NCBI RefSeq assembly: GCF_964204645.1
Contig: NC_134026.1
Span: forward strand, 18,758,150 to 18,822,149
DNA: 64,000 nt
Direction of reading: 5' to 3'
Source of the DNA: Tubulanus polymorphus
Lineage: Eukaryota > Animalia > Nemertea
Below, one piece after another: positions 25,171-37,594 of the stretch. Within the stretch, counting starts at the first letter, position 1. Each line of letters begins with the position of its first letter. The notes under the pieces are model-generated. The model was not told the origin of the DNA. It did no database searches and saw nothing but the letters and a program-made list of their open reading frames with translations. A program made the translations under genes and the position numbers.

Positions 25171-28100
25171 TTAGCTGCGTAATGCTTCCAAACGAGCCTG
25201 CATATCAGAAACATCTTCATCTTCTTCAGGCGCTGCAGTGGCTCCCTCAGGTTCTGGTAAGGAATGAGAGGCAATAGCTGGAGCCTGACCCATGATTCCT
25301 GAAATGAAATATACGAACATAGAATTTTCGTAATAATATTAAGGCTCCAGAGAAACATCGTGCCTAGTTGGAAATTTAAAAAAATGCTCGATATTCCGGC
25401 AAATTGCAAAATTAACACCCTGTGGTAAACCTAATTGGAAAAACTGATGATTTTGAAACATAGTGTTTACATGCATAGGTATCAATATCATTGGAAACAG
25501 TATCTTTCTTTTCAATATGTAGTGCCTGTATGGAACCCGATGAACTCATCTCAATCATTCAATGAGTACCGGTAATTATGCAATAGATTTGTGTGGACAA
25601 AGATACCAATATCGATCGAAAAATTGCATTACACACATTTCATATTCAACATTTCTTGTTGAGAAAAAACATACACTGGATAATCCCAATTCTGCTATCA
25701 TGATACTGAGACTATAATTATAGTGATACATGTTCTTTTTCCATCCACGAACAAGGACTGATACTAAGACTAAGATTGCTAGCTGATTGTGTGAAACAAT
25801 GGCGGACTGAACTACATATAATGCATGATTGAACCAACATCTCAAAGCATATGAAAAACCTACAGATGGATCGATGTCCCAACAGAATGCACAATAACTG
25901 AACACAATATGCTGAGGCTTCACCCAGTGGGTTGAAAGCCCAGTTTCATACATAACTCCCTCCCAGCGAACTTGCTATCCATCTATACCCAGTTTAACAC
26001 CCCTCAAAATAATATCTAAGAAAATCCATCCTAACATTCCAATTATTTATACCTGACGTTAATTCGTAGAGAACTTTATCAACTTCCTCCTGTGCTTCTT
26101 CCTCTAATTCATCTTGGTCGTCCATTCCTTCCATAGTGTCCTCCAACATTTCTTCTATAATTCCGGCCTAGAAATGATAAATGGAACCTTCTACATCATC
26201 AGATAGGGTTTGTTCGCAGTCCCTTAGTGAAAATAATACATTGGTTTATCCCCATTATACAAGGATATATCTTATGCCCAGTCAAAATACAATTGAATAT
26301 GAAGACAATAAATTAAAACATGTTGATATCTGATTTTTCCAAATCACACTGGTCAGCCATCTTGAATCTGATCAGGCAAAGTTTTGGGCTGCAGATGCGT
26401 CTAGGATACGTAAATAAACCAAATATCAAGACCATATGTCAAAGTGTGTGTCGAAAACTTCTCAAGAAAATTAGATTCTGTCTAAGGATAGACAGCGGAC
26501 AGATAGCAGCCCGATAGCACAATGCACAGATGAATAAAAAATGCAATAGCCTGGTGGGATTTTGTCCCCAAGTTGGCTAAAAAGCTCAACAAAAGTAATT
26601 GATTCCTTTTCTTTTGGACCCCACCTTCCAATTTTCCTCGATCAGCTTCCGAGGGTTCTTCTGAGAGTTTTGACAACTATGTTAATAAGCTCAATAAGCA
26701 GTTGAAAGATAATTATTTCACTGTCTCACCTTCATCATTTCTCTCGACAGATCCATCATTGTTGCCTGAATTTCCTTCGTTTTGACCAATTGTTGCATGC
26801 TTGTCATTACTTCAGTACTTTTCTCTAAAGCACCAGCTATACGCAGAGTAGCTACATACACAAATAATAACAGAACAGGAATAAATCATCTCTACTTCAC
26901 AATATATATTTTCACTGATGAATTTGATCCCATATCAGATCCATTCGTTTCTTTTTTCCAATCCATGATTTAGACTATGTCTGTTCAACATGTTAGATAG
27001 TTAATTATCATCATTTTCCATTGTAGTCATATTGGAGAGTGGATACTACCATTTTTAATAGAGGTTGAAATCACCCAGCCAGTAGCTCAAAAGTTGGTTA
27101 ACTTTAACCAGTCGTTAAGCTTAATGCCTGGCTAAAGTTCCTAACGACTCGTTAGTAAACACAAAAGTTTTAAAAATTTTAGGCTGCATTTTGCCAATAA
27201 GCCCCAACTACAATAAGATGTCTCCCCACCAATATAATTATACTTAAGCAGCAATCACACTTAGACAATTTGGCCTGGGCCAAATTTGGCCTATTAGAGA
27301 GTGCGTTCACATGTAAACTACTCCTCACTCGATACTAAACAATGCTTGATCAAACCAGCAAAGTGCCTGGTCCGACAATTTTTGTTGGCCAAAATCTAGC
27401 ACCGACCCATTTGGCCCCCTTTTGAACAGTTGTTCCAGCCAAGGTAACTCTAGCTCTAGGTAATTACTTACCAAGTTGATTTTTCATTTGCATGCTCACT
27501 GAATTTAAGTGAGCCTTCGAAGTATAAAGTTTTGATGTATGTTTTCTAGCGCGAATAATTTCTTTTCCTAAAATCACGCAAACCTCTCGGTCTCCTTTTT
27601 TTGCAGCATCCTTCAAAGACTTGGCTACCTTTGCTTCTTCAAGCTTTATACCTAAAAATCGGAAAACAGCAAATACGCTATAAAGACCTTTTACTAGAGA
27701 AGTGCAGCTGTGAGTGAGTGATTCGAGTCATAGGTCTTGTCAATCTAGGGTTTGTGGGTTCAAATCACGGTGGTGCCCCCTCCCCTATAACAGAAGTAAA
27801 CAGCATAATTGCTAGTAATGCTCAGCAGGCTGAACATATACATAAAAGTTTTGAAATACCGTAAGAATCATACTAAACACTTAGATGACTGGCATACAAG
27901 TCACCAAATTTCATACAAATTTGCATAATACAATGGCCATACAAAATTTAGCAAAAATGATAGAATTGATAAAATATCAATAAGTTCCATAAAAATAAGT
28001 TATATTTTCATTCACCATTTGATTAGTTACGTTGTCAAACCAGATAGGCCTGCAACCTACTTAATCAAACAGACAGTTGAGAAGGCATGTACATTTTGTT

Positions 28101-31100
28101 TTAGGCCCACTTTTTGCCATCCTCCCCCGGCAGGGATTTGAACCTGATGGCATCGAGATTGTCACGTCACGAAACCCTGCCACACTAGACCGAGTGCGCA
28201 GCCACACACGCAGCTTAGATGATGTGATTATCATCCAATCAGATATCCCGTTTTATTTTAGCCTGGGTTTTCCCATTTAGAGTTCTTCCGTGGAATTTAC
28301 CGCGGCGATTATACAACAAGCAATCTAACGGTGCTGCAAGTTTTCGTGCGGCAAAGCTGTGCATGTACCTGCGCACCCGGTCTACTGTGGAAGGGGTTTG
28401 TGCTATGTGGTTTGTGAGTGTAGCGATGCCATCAGGTTCGAATCCCTGCAATGGGAGGATGACTCTTTGCCTGATGTCACCTCATTTTGTGTTTTGAAAA
28501 CTTACTTCTAATTTGCCTGTCTAACTTGCGATCTTCCTTACGCAAAGATGATGCCCACTCTCTCACCTGAATGAAAAAACCCATAATTTTCACAATAGCC
28601 CAAAATGATATGCCTCTATAGTGATCTTTGATAGGCCTGCTGGATCAAAACGTTTAGGGATAGTGGTACTGGTTAGATACTTGAATGATCCAAAGCTTTT
28701 AGTGGTAGATTGGATCCAGTAGTGGTACTGCTTGGAAACTGGATCCAAAGATATAGAGGTACGCTACTGGTCATCAATACTGAAACTATAGGTCTACTAA
28801 TTGTCAGTTATGACAGGGAATTTGAGCAACAGTTCATATAAGCTTACCACCAACCTCAGTACCATAGTTAGTTACCATAGTCATTGGTGGTAAGCTTTTA
28901 TAAAGGGATGGGCTTGTACCAACTGAAAATATCCAATCGTGAAACTAAACCACAGACAGGTTACTGTCTACGGTACCGTACTGACTACAACCACGGGCCT
29001 GACTGACACAGTTTTTGACTGCAGTATGCCAATAAAAAAAAAAATTTGGCAGTACCTAGGATACTGGATAACTAGAGTCAAAAACTTTTTGCTTCAGTCA
29101 GGCCCCATGCCACCAATATTCAGGTAGGCCTTACTAATGGTCACATCGAAAATTTTAGGCAGTGGATATTTGCCAATGGCTCATTCTGATTGGCTAATTG
29201 ATGCCTTGCATGTGCACAGAGGTGCGCGAGTTAGAAAATTCAAGCCAAGTGTACAGAACAGAGTTAGAGAAAATAGTGCGAATAGAGTGGGATTCGAACC
29301 TGGGCCAGCACATTGCTAGCTTAGCATCTTTCCACCAGACCACCAAGGTTCCTGCAATCGATGGCCGCAAAACGTTGATGTAATTCATCGACATTCTGTA
29401 GCCGATCCATCACACTCAAATTTGAAATCAGCGACACCGGCGTTAACTTCCTGGACGTAACCACTTTCGATGGCCCGCGAATGAAAGGCTGAATCCAAGA
29501 ACATGTCTATCGCACTTTTGAGCCCAAACGTCTACTTTACTTAGTAGCCACTTGAGAACAATAAGCAATTAACGATATCAGCTACTTTTCCAGTAGTATA
29601 CATTTCAAAACAGTCACTCTGAAGTAGTATTCCTTTCAATTCGGTTGGTTTTCTATAGTGGCTGTTTCTACTATTGAAAAGTGACCATTTTAAAACATCT
29701 GGTTTCGATAGTGCAAACTAGCAGTAGAGGTGACTGTAAAACCACCCGTCTGTCAACAGTGACTTTGTGATAGTAACTCCTACCATAACAGCTACTCTCA
29801 AAACACATCGTTTCTAGAAGTCAACTATTGAAAAGTGACCATTTTGAGATCGCTTGCCAGATTCCCTGTTATAAATACACGGTAGCAACATATGCTTCAA
29901 ATTTGCAGTGATACGTGACAATATAAACATACGGAAAACTCTACTCACACTATAGTTTGGGGTATAGTTCCATTTAGAGTGACTCAGTTAAGATCCGAAG
30001 ATATTGTAGATACTCTTTGAGGATGTGAAATGTTATGAGCGATTCCCAACTCTAACCAATAAAAGTCGAGATTGGAATTAAATTTGTTTACAAATTGCCA
30101 ATAGTTATGTAGTTTTAAGATAAATCGAAATTTCCTTCCTTTCATGAATTCAATTTGAAAAATGCAGCTATTTCAAGCAATTTTAATTGCTTATTGTTCT
30201 CAAGTGGCTACTAAGTAAAAGTAGACGTTTGGGCTCAAAAGTGCGATAGACATGTTCTTGGATTCAGCCTTTCGTATAAGCTTAATAGACACCAAAACTT
30301 ACTTCAAACCTACCGATTTGCATCAATTAGCCTAGGCCCACTACATCGATCTTCATTTCACCCTAAGGACACATTTTCCAGTGAGTCAAATTCACAAGCA
30401 CGAGCGCATCTGCCATAATGATTCGGACCAACACGCACCATCCAGAACCGTCCTTGTACTCAGAGGTCATAGCTACAAAGACTGCGTACTGCGACGCATC
30501 AAAAGCCATGCTCTGCGGCACCACGCAAAATGAGATCGATAAGATACAACTGGCCAACGAGCCCCCGAAAAAGTCTAACGGTTACCTTACCTCACTCCAG
30601 AGCCAACCTTGTCTAATATCTAGCCGTTGTTTCTCAAACAACGAACCGTAACCACGTCTGGTATTCAGGCTACACCCAACCAGACCCTAGCCCGAATATA
30701 TCCGAACTAGATTCACTGAACTGGCCACCCGCAGCTCAAACCTACGGAGCCACCCACTTCCCGAGCTCCACCACATCTTAAACCGTAGGCGTAGGCCTAA
30801 TACGCCCTACTTGTGTCGTCTCTGATTCTTCTAAACCCTAAACTCAATTTAATGATTTTGTTGTTACTTGACAACTAGTCTATATTAGGCCTATTATATA
30901 TTAGGCCTATATATAGCCATTGGTAAAATATCCACTTTCAAAATTTTAATTGATTGAATTGATTGTTCTGTTGTGGACGTTGTGATGAACTTGATGTGCG
31001 TCTAAACTAAATTCCTACGATTGATACGCCCTTTCCCGGGTAAAATTGCGAATTAATCAACAAGACAAACCTGCTCTTTGGGGTCCCTCTGTTTTTCTTT

Positions 31101-31115
31101 GCCGAATAAGCCCAT
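25171..31115 (-). CDS. CHMP3: Charged multivesicular body protein 3 (ESCRT-III, VPS24), ~216 aa
   Basis: Minus-strand exons 31115-31071, 28566-28506, 27651-27472, 26851-26730, 26167-26053, 25298-25171. Translation MGLFGKEKQRDPKEQVREW...SLKDAAKKGDREVC...SKAHLNSV...STEVM...AGIIEEMLEDT...MQARLEALRS* (C-terminal MIM1). Confidence 0.96.
26350..26583 (-). mobile_element. 5' fragment of the HINE family in CHMP3 intron 4
   Basis: Reverse-complement similarity to the 5' end of 18336-18550 (GCCATCTTGAATCTG...GCAATAGCC...CCAAGTTGGCTAAAAA). Confidence 0.6.
28116..28463. mobile_element. ~350-bp MITE with ~40-bp TIRs; multi-copy, intronic
   Basis: GCCATCCTCCCCCGGCAGGGATTTGAACCTGATGGCATCG ... CGATGCCATCAGGTTCGAATCCCTGCAATGGGAGGATGAC. 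Other copies at ~14880-15183, ~40563-40750 and ~59110-59377. Confidence 0.8.
29289..29349 (-). mobile_element. tRNA-derived SINE head or tRNA pseudogene
   Basis: Minus-strand A box TGGTCTGGTGG and B box GGTTCGAATCC at tRNA spacing, but no proper cloverleaf. Confidence 0.5.
29483..30273. mobile_element. Non-autonomous DNA transposon with ~90-bp near-perfect TIRs in CHMP3 intron 1
   Basis: 29483-29572 (GAAAGGCTGAATCCAAGAACATGTCTATCGCACTTTTGAGCCCAAACGTCTAC...) is the reverse complement of 30183-30273. Internal repeat CTATTGAAAAGTGACCATTTT occurs twice. Confidence 0.85.
30400..30790 (+). mobile_element. Degenerate LINE ORF2 C-terminal fragment
   Basis: C/A-rich tract translating to SLYSEVIATKTAYCDASKAML...NEIDKIQ, which resembles the LY..LIRP.LEY...KLE.IQ region after LINE RT; contains stops. 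Confidence 0.4.
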
Positions 31116-31365
31116 TTTCGATGGTTTGAAGCTAATTTTTAACCAACTTACTATAAACCGGAGAGTGGCGCCACCTTACAACGAAATCTTGCAAACCAGG
31201 AAATATAAAATCAGCTGACCGATTACTTTAATTTGATGTGTGATCAACGAATCATTCATGTGATTTACGAGCCAAAGCTTTTTCCCAAGAGAAAGAACGT
31301 AATTGAATGCAAATTGTAAGTTAGATATGTCAACACAAATTATCTTTACTTAAATTCTCTTAAAC

Positions 31366-33848
31366 CAGTCAGGAACACTTTCCAAAAACGGCTTATTCTG
31401 GCTCTGCCAATTTCGGCGTTTTCCGCCAATAACGGCAGAATCGGCCGTTTAGGGATCACTCAGTTTTGAAACTTTTACAGTCGTTTATGGTTTAATCAGC
31501 CAATTTCAGCTCACTAAGTTTCGAGTTTTGCTTTAAAGTTTTTTGCGCACTTCCGGTCAAATTAGCGCATGTTGCCGATTACGTCATTGGCTAATCTCGA
31601 GCAGACGATAAGCTTTCATATGACGCTAGGATGGAAATTTTTCAGCTACTGTCTGTCACACCTACTCTCCGTGCGACGTTTTGGTCCGTAATTTCGTTAA
31701 TAATCGGTTTATCTACCTTTATTATGCATCAATTTGTTCAGTGAGGAATTTGCATTCAGAAATAAACAACAATTTTCACTTAAGTTGTTTTTGTTTTCAT
31801 TTATGAGCGATAGTTTACTCAGCATACGCTCGCGTAATGCTGAAAAATCCGCTCCGCGGACGCTCGGAAACGTTACAGTGACGTCATCACCTGCTCTAGC
31901 ATATCAAAATACAGTAGGTGGCGCCACGTGACGGGCCATAAAAGCCGTTTTTCAGCATTACGCGAGCGTATGCTAGGTAAACTATCGCTGATAGAAGAAA
32001 ACACAAACAAATTTCTGCCAGTTCATGATTTATTTCTGAATGCAAATTCCTTACTGAACAAATTGATGCATAATATTTACAGATCAACCGATTATTAACG
32101 AAATTACGGACCAAAACGTCGCACGAAGAGCATGTGTGACAGACAGTAGGTAAAGTGGTCAAATTTACGTTTTTCTAAATGATTACGTCATATGCAGCCC
32201 AAAAACTCCGGGAAAACTCTCAAAACTACTACAGCATGAAACAAGTTTATTAATCATGATTTTTGTTAAAAATAAATTTGGGAACTAGTTTTAAAAACTA
32301 TTATAAAGTTTTCAATTAAACGTTGCCATGGGTACACATAAAAACATTCGCCATTTCTGGCGTATTCCACCGTTTTTGGCGTAGCTAATTTTATAATCAT
32401 AAACTATTAAGCCATTATTGGCAGTCCACTTGTTATATATGAGGATTCCCCCACCCGCTTAGACGTTTTCCCTAGTGTCTACACGGTACTTTCTTTCGGA
32501 ATAAAATAATTAATTTGCTGAGGTGAACGGATGTGTAAATATTATATGTTGAAAATAAAAATAAAATTATTATAAATATAGCTGCAAAGCAGCGATAACG
32601 GGTTTTCTGGATGCATGTGATCGAAAGGAAAAATTAATTACTGGGTATTCGATGGAAAAATAAAATGAGATGATTTGGATATTATCGGAGCAATCCTCTT
32701 TTTGGTTGAATGGTCTAACCCCAGTATAGTCCCCCATTATTTGGAATTTCTCGGAGCCCTCCTTTATTTACTTACTAAATGGCCTCACAAACTGTTATTT
32801 CGCCGGTGCTTGTTGTCTAACAATTGAATTCTTTATTTACAGTAACCTAATAAGTAATTTTAAGTTTCAAATAGGATGGAAAGTACATTCAGACAATCTG
32901 TTGGTTCAGAGAGACCGTTATTACAGTATCAATTTATACATTTCGTTTCGAAGCTGTCAGTTGCCGAATCTGAATGAAGATGAATTTTATTTGACGAAAT
33001 CGGCGGAAAATATATAATAATAATAATCAACAGAATTTCAAGAGGGTTTTCGACGAAAGTCAGAAAACCCTAATTATCATTCTCATAAGACAAATCAATC
33101 ATGGATGTATAAACTAGTGTATCAAAAATCTAGTTTTAAGTTTTGCCCATGGCCATGGTCTTATCTTGCCTAATAAAGCATAGAATGGTTGAGGGATATA
33201 TTGGACTGCATATGATGTTGGTTAATTGAAGGTAATTAACATCTTCGATGCCTCCCAGCTAATTGGACTTGTGATGGGTAGTGATTGATTGAATTGGTGG
33301 CCGATGGCGTTACAACACTCAAAATCAATACAGCTGTATCTAGATTCATTTTAAAAAAAACAAACATTTTCGAAACAATTTGGGATACATGTATGTATAT
33401 ATTTATAACATACAGGTATACAGAAAGAACAGAATTCAAATACATTTGCCATCGGAAACCCGTACATTTATATTTAATTCTTTCTTGAAGCCTGGAATGG
33501 ATCAATGAGATTAATTTTTCGGCGCAAATATATAAATGTATGCCAGCAGAAAAGCGATGATGTCATAATAGGGACTCCCATCGAACTAAGCACTATAAAT
33601 AGCACCTGTAAAACTATATAAGCTAAAACGCCGTTTCTGGCGATGTAGTTTTAAAAACTGTAACAGCTGAAAACGGCGGAAATGGCGTTTTTTAAGAACA
33701 AGTCGAAAATGGCAGAAAACGCCGATTTCGGCTAAATTGGCAGAAGCAGTTTAAAACTGAGTAATCCATAAATGGCTGATTCCGCTGTTATTGGCGGAAA
33801 ACGCCGAAATTGGCAGAATAAGCCGTTTTTGGAAAGTGTTCCTGACTG
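31366..33848. mobile_element. ~2.5-kb non-autonomous DNA transposon with ~110-bp TIRs, just upstream of CHMP3
   Basis: CAGTCAGGAACACTTTCCAAAAACGGCTTATTCTG... at 31366 is mirrored by ...CAGAATAAGCCGTTTTTGGAAAGTGTTCCTGACTG at 33848; subterminal GGCG/CGCC repeats; no clear TSD. Confidence 0.8.
31647..32148. mobile_element. Foldback MITE with ~200-bp arms nested in the 2.5-kb element
   Basis: TACTGTCTGTCACA...TGTGACAGACAGTA; the arms pair through AGCATACGCTCGCGTAATGCTGAAAAA / TTTTTCAGCATTACGCGAGCGTATGCT; ~100-bp GC-rich spacer. Confidence 0.85.
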
Positions 33849-33872
33849 TTAGCTCACTCACTATCATGAGGG

Positions 33873-33916
33873 TTTGACCCAGTATCCTAGGTACGTACCT
33901 AGGATACTGGGTCAAA
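33873..33916. repeat. Perfect 44-bp palindrome with no spacer
   Basis: TTTGACCCAGTATCCTAGGTAC|GTACCTAGGATACTGGGTCAAA; a half-site GTACCTAGGATACTGG recurs at ~29052. Confidence 0.95.
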
Positions 33917-36900
33917 TCTTTGATTTTGGACCCCCAGCTATTGTGACGAGCCCCTGTGAACTCACTCGACACTCTTATCAACTCTTTATTATACTGGGGT
34001 CGAGAACAAGACAAGGGGGTTGTAGATTGGAATACTTTGAACACTTACTTTTAATCGCATTACATCTAATGTTCACTGAGAACCTTAGTGTCAGTGGTAT
34101 ATATCGCTATCGCAACCCCCTGACACCAAGTCGCGTAAGCCATATATGCGGTGATTTTAACCCTTAACTTGCCGTAGGCGACTGTAGTCGACACACTGGG
34201 GAACGGAGATGACATGAAATAGAGCATATTTGTTTATTCCTTATCGATTTTAACATTTGAAATCATATTATATCAGTAATAAATACGGTCTAGGGTCATA
34301 TTTTTCCGAATATTTTGTAAAAAATAATTTTGACTTCAAATACGTAATCTCGGTTAGCAATAAAATTTCATTGAATTTGATTGATCGACGATCTCATCTC
34401 GGAAAAGTTAAAAGTTATTTTTCTACAAAAATATCCGACAAAATATGTAAAATATGACTCCAGCAAGCATTTATTACTGATATAATATGATTTCAAGTGT
34501 TAAAATCGATAATGAATAAATTAATATGTTATAGGGCCTATTTCATTTCATCTTGGTTGATCTCGGTAAAATACGTCATCTCGGTAATAAGGATGACCAC
34601 TGGGGAACTGCCGTATGCGTCTGTAGTCGACAGCCCGACCTATCTGGCATTTAAAGTTTGTTTTTATGTCACAAGCGCCTCGCAGCGCGTTGAGACATAG
34701 TTATTAACGCACGGCACTGCCGATACTCGAGAATCCAGCCCTGAAGTAATTTCTCATTTTGATGTTTTGAAGAATTTTGACCCGCAAATTCAATATTTTG
34801 GGATTTTAATGAAGATTCAAACATTTAGACTGTAATAAGAAGCATAATAAAGGTTGTAACGATGGATATAGTAATATACAGAGACTTTATTTATGGAAAT
34901 CGACAATGTAATATGAAATTATGAGTATTCTGACTATCTAGGGGGTCGTTTTGTGCTTGACACCCAAAAATGACCTCACCCAGTGGACCCCCTCTTTTAA
35001 AAATCAGAAGTTTAATTTTTCAGCACTATCCCGTGGCTATGACTATAAACTACAACTTTGTGAAGTTTCAATGCCCGAGAACTGAGTGGTTTAAGTGCCG
35101 ACTGAGCACCAGTCGGCAATTTCGACGTAAAATAACGACTACATGAATAGTTGGGTGGTTCATGCGAGCTCTTTACACGCAGTATACGGAGCGCCGCGAA
35201 CCGGCCACTCTCAGGACTGGGTTAAGTCTGATGAAAAATGTTGTCAGGCGCTTGGTATGCATGTGTAATAGCTCTGGTTAGTTTTGACATTTCACCCGGA
35301 TGGATAACGTATACGAAAATCCCACAATGAAGACGAAGAAAATTTCGACAGGAATACTGACTATTAGAATATTGTCGAAATGTTGAATAAACTACGTTAG
35401 CTCAAGGAAATATTTTCATCTTGTGGGATTTTCGTAATATTATCATCTCAAGGCAGATACAATTTCTCTTCAATGGTGAACGTATATGAATTAAGGCAGG
35501 TGATATTTTGCCAGTGTGGCATAGGCCTAATTCCTGTTAATGCTATTTTGCTGTTAACTCGATCTGATTGGATAATGCCGCATCGGCAATACGGACTCTC
35601 CTATAAATCATACTAAACAGATTAACAAGTAAAAAAGAAATTGAAAGCAACCACAGAATGAACAGTACCCGAGTAAAGAATCATCAAAGTTGACGCCAGC
35701 CAATGGTTTACAAACAAAAATGACCTTCACAACTGATGTGGTGAATCTGGTAACCAGATAGGCCTATATGCCTATAGAATCAGCGCGAAATAGTGCCTGA
35801 TAAAACTGTGTAGAAAAGCCCCATTTAGAACTAGGCCTATAGAGGCACTATTAGATTAACATCTGTAATATAAACATTGGCGACACTTAGTGATTTGTCG
35901 AACCGAAGTAGATGGGGCATAGAAATATAGCTATCATGGAAAAAACCTTAAATCACAATAAAAATAAACTAAAATTGCCTGTTTACTAACGTTGATCAAT
36001 TCTTCGATAAAGTAGATGATTTTGAACTGTTAGTAAAACACCACATCCCCCTAATCATCGGAATAAGCCTATGTTAAGTTGAAACCAAAAAAACAACAAA
36101 GATTTAGGCTATAGTTGATATGTGGAAACTAGATGGCTGTGATCATTTTGCCAATTTCGCCTTTCGTTCAAAGCTAGATTATGAGTTGAAAACTAATTAC
36201 AAACTTGAGATACCTCTGAGCAATAATTGTGCATTTACTTAAAATATTGTTAAAAAGTGTTAAGATCGCTGAAGGCAGTCTATCACTTCAAACGCTGTTT
36301 TAAAAAGGTTCATATTTCAACCAACTGCCCATGAAATAGGCCTAAGTCACATGTTCTACAGGTGTAAACATCTCCTTTGTAACTACCCCTGATTAGGACT
36401 TGGGGTTTGATTTGAAATACTTTCCTCATAAAACTCTGCAATACCCTCACAGGAAAAACTTCAACTGCTGTCCATTCATATTGTAGGCTCTTTAACATTC
36501 CAAACTGGTTTTTGTTACACAATCAGCGACTGTTGTGTCTCACGAGTCTCATTAGTCCTCATTCGTACATAGAAAATATCAAGAGGTTTTGTCTTTGGCC
36601 CTGTAGTCTTCGTGTTCGATTGTTACCAATGTCATGGGACACATCTCATGTTGAATTGGGATTACCCAGTCTATCTTTCTTTTATCAGAGAGAAGTTGAA
36701 TATTGAAAAATATATCTTTGTTTTTTTGAATTGGTTTGTTTTTTGCTGAATTTGATTGTTAAGTTCCAGCTGTCATGGCTATGATCTATGATAACAGCAA
36801 AAAGGTCAGATTGGTGGGAAAAATTGATGCGTAAAAATCATGAAATTATCTTAAATAAATCTTTGAAAAATTATTGGTCTGATTTTTGATTGCCTATTTA

Positions 36901-37594
36901 TGCCACAGTAGAACTCACTTAATTCAGATGACAAGGCTGCCCAGATATCTCCGAATTAAGTTAAATCTGAATTATTAGTTTACATGGTTCCAGGTTGAAT
37001 GTACCAAATATGAAAATATTTCATCCAAATTAAATAAAAATCCAAATTGAATTAAGGAATTAAGCAAGTTCTTCTGTATAATGAACTTTTACTGTGGAGA
37101 TCAGAATTTATGAATATACATGCTACGTTAAAGTTTACGAAATTCTATTCAAATCTGTCCAGATTGTGATCAGAATTTGCTTTAAGGCTATGTTATCGTA
37201 CCTTGACGCAAAACATGATGTTGAATTTTGAAATTCTCGGATTGTCAAGCATTTTATCGAGTGCTGTTCCTGAACCCTTAGTTATTTTCTTTCTTTTTTT
37301 TTAATGGAGATAGCTGTCTTTTGGAAATGTTTGTAGGCCTAGAGCAATGGCATACTTACATAGGCCTTTGGAGTATTTTTCTTTTGTTTAATTTGAGATG
37401 CATAAAACAATTCTACAATTCTAAGAGGTATGCATTCACCATTTCGATACGATGCTTTTCTATGAATGGCATAGAATTCATTATCATTGATAGGCCTATA
37501 AGGCCTACTGTTACTGAATTTCCTGTCAGTTCCATTTTTGTATAGACCTAGTAAAGCATTTTAATTTTTAGAACTGGAAAGAAAGTCAAGAATA

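Noticed and set aside
28425-28450. B-box GGTTCGAATCC suggesting a tRNA gene
   Set aside because: Part of a MITE TIR; no A box or cloverleaf.
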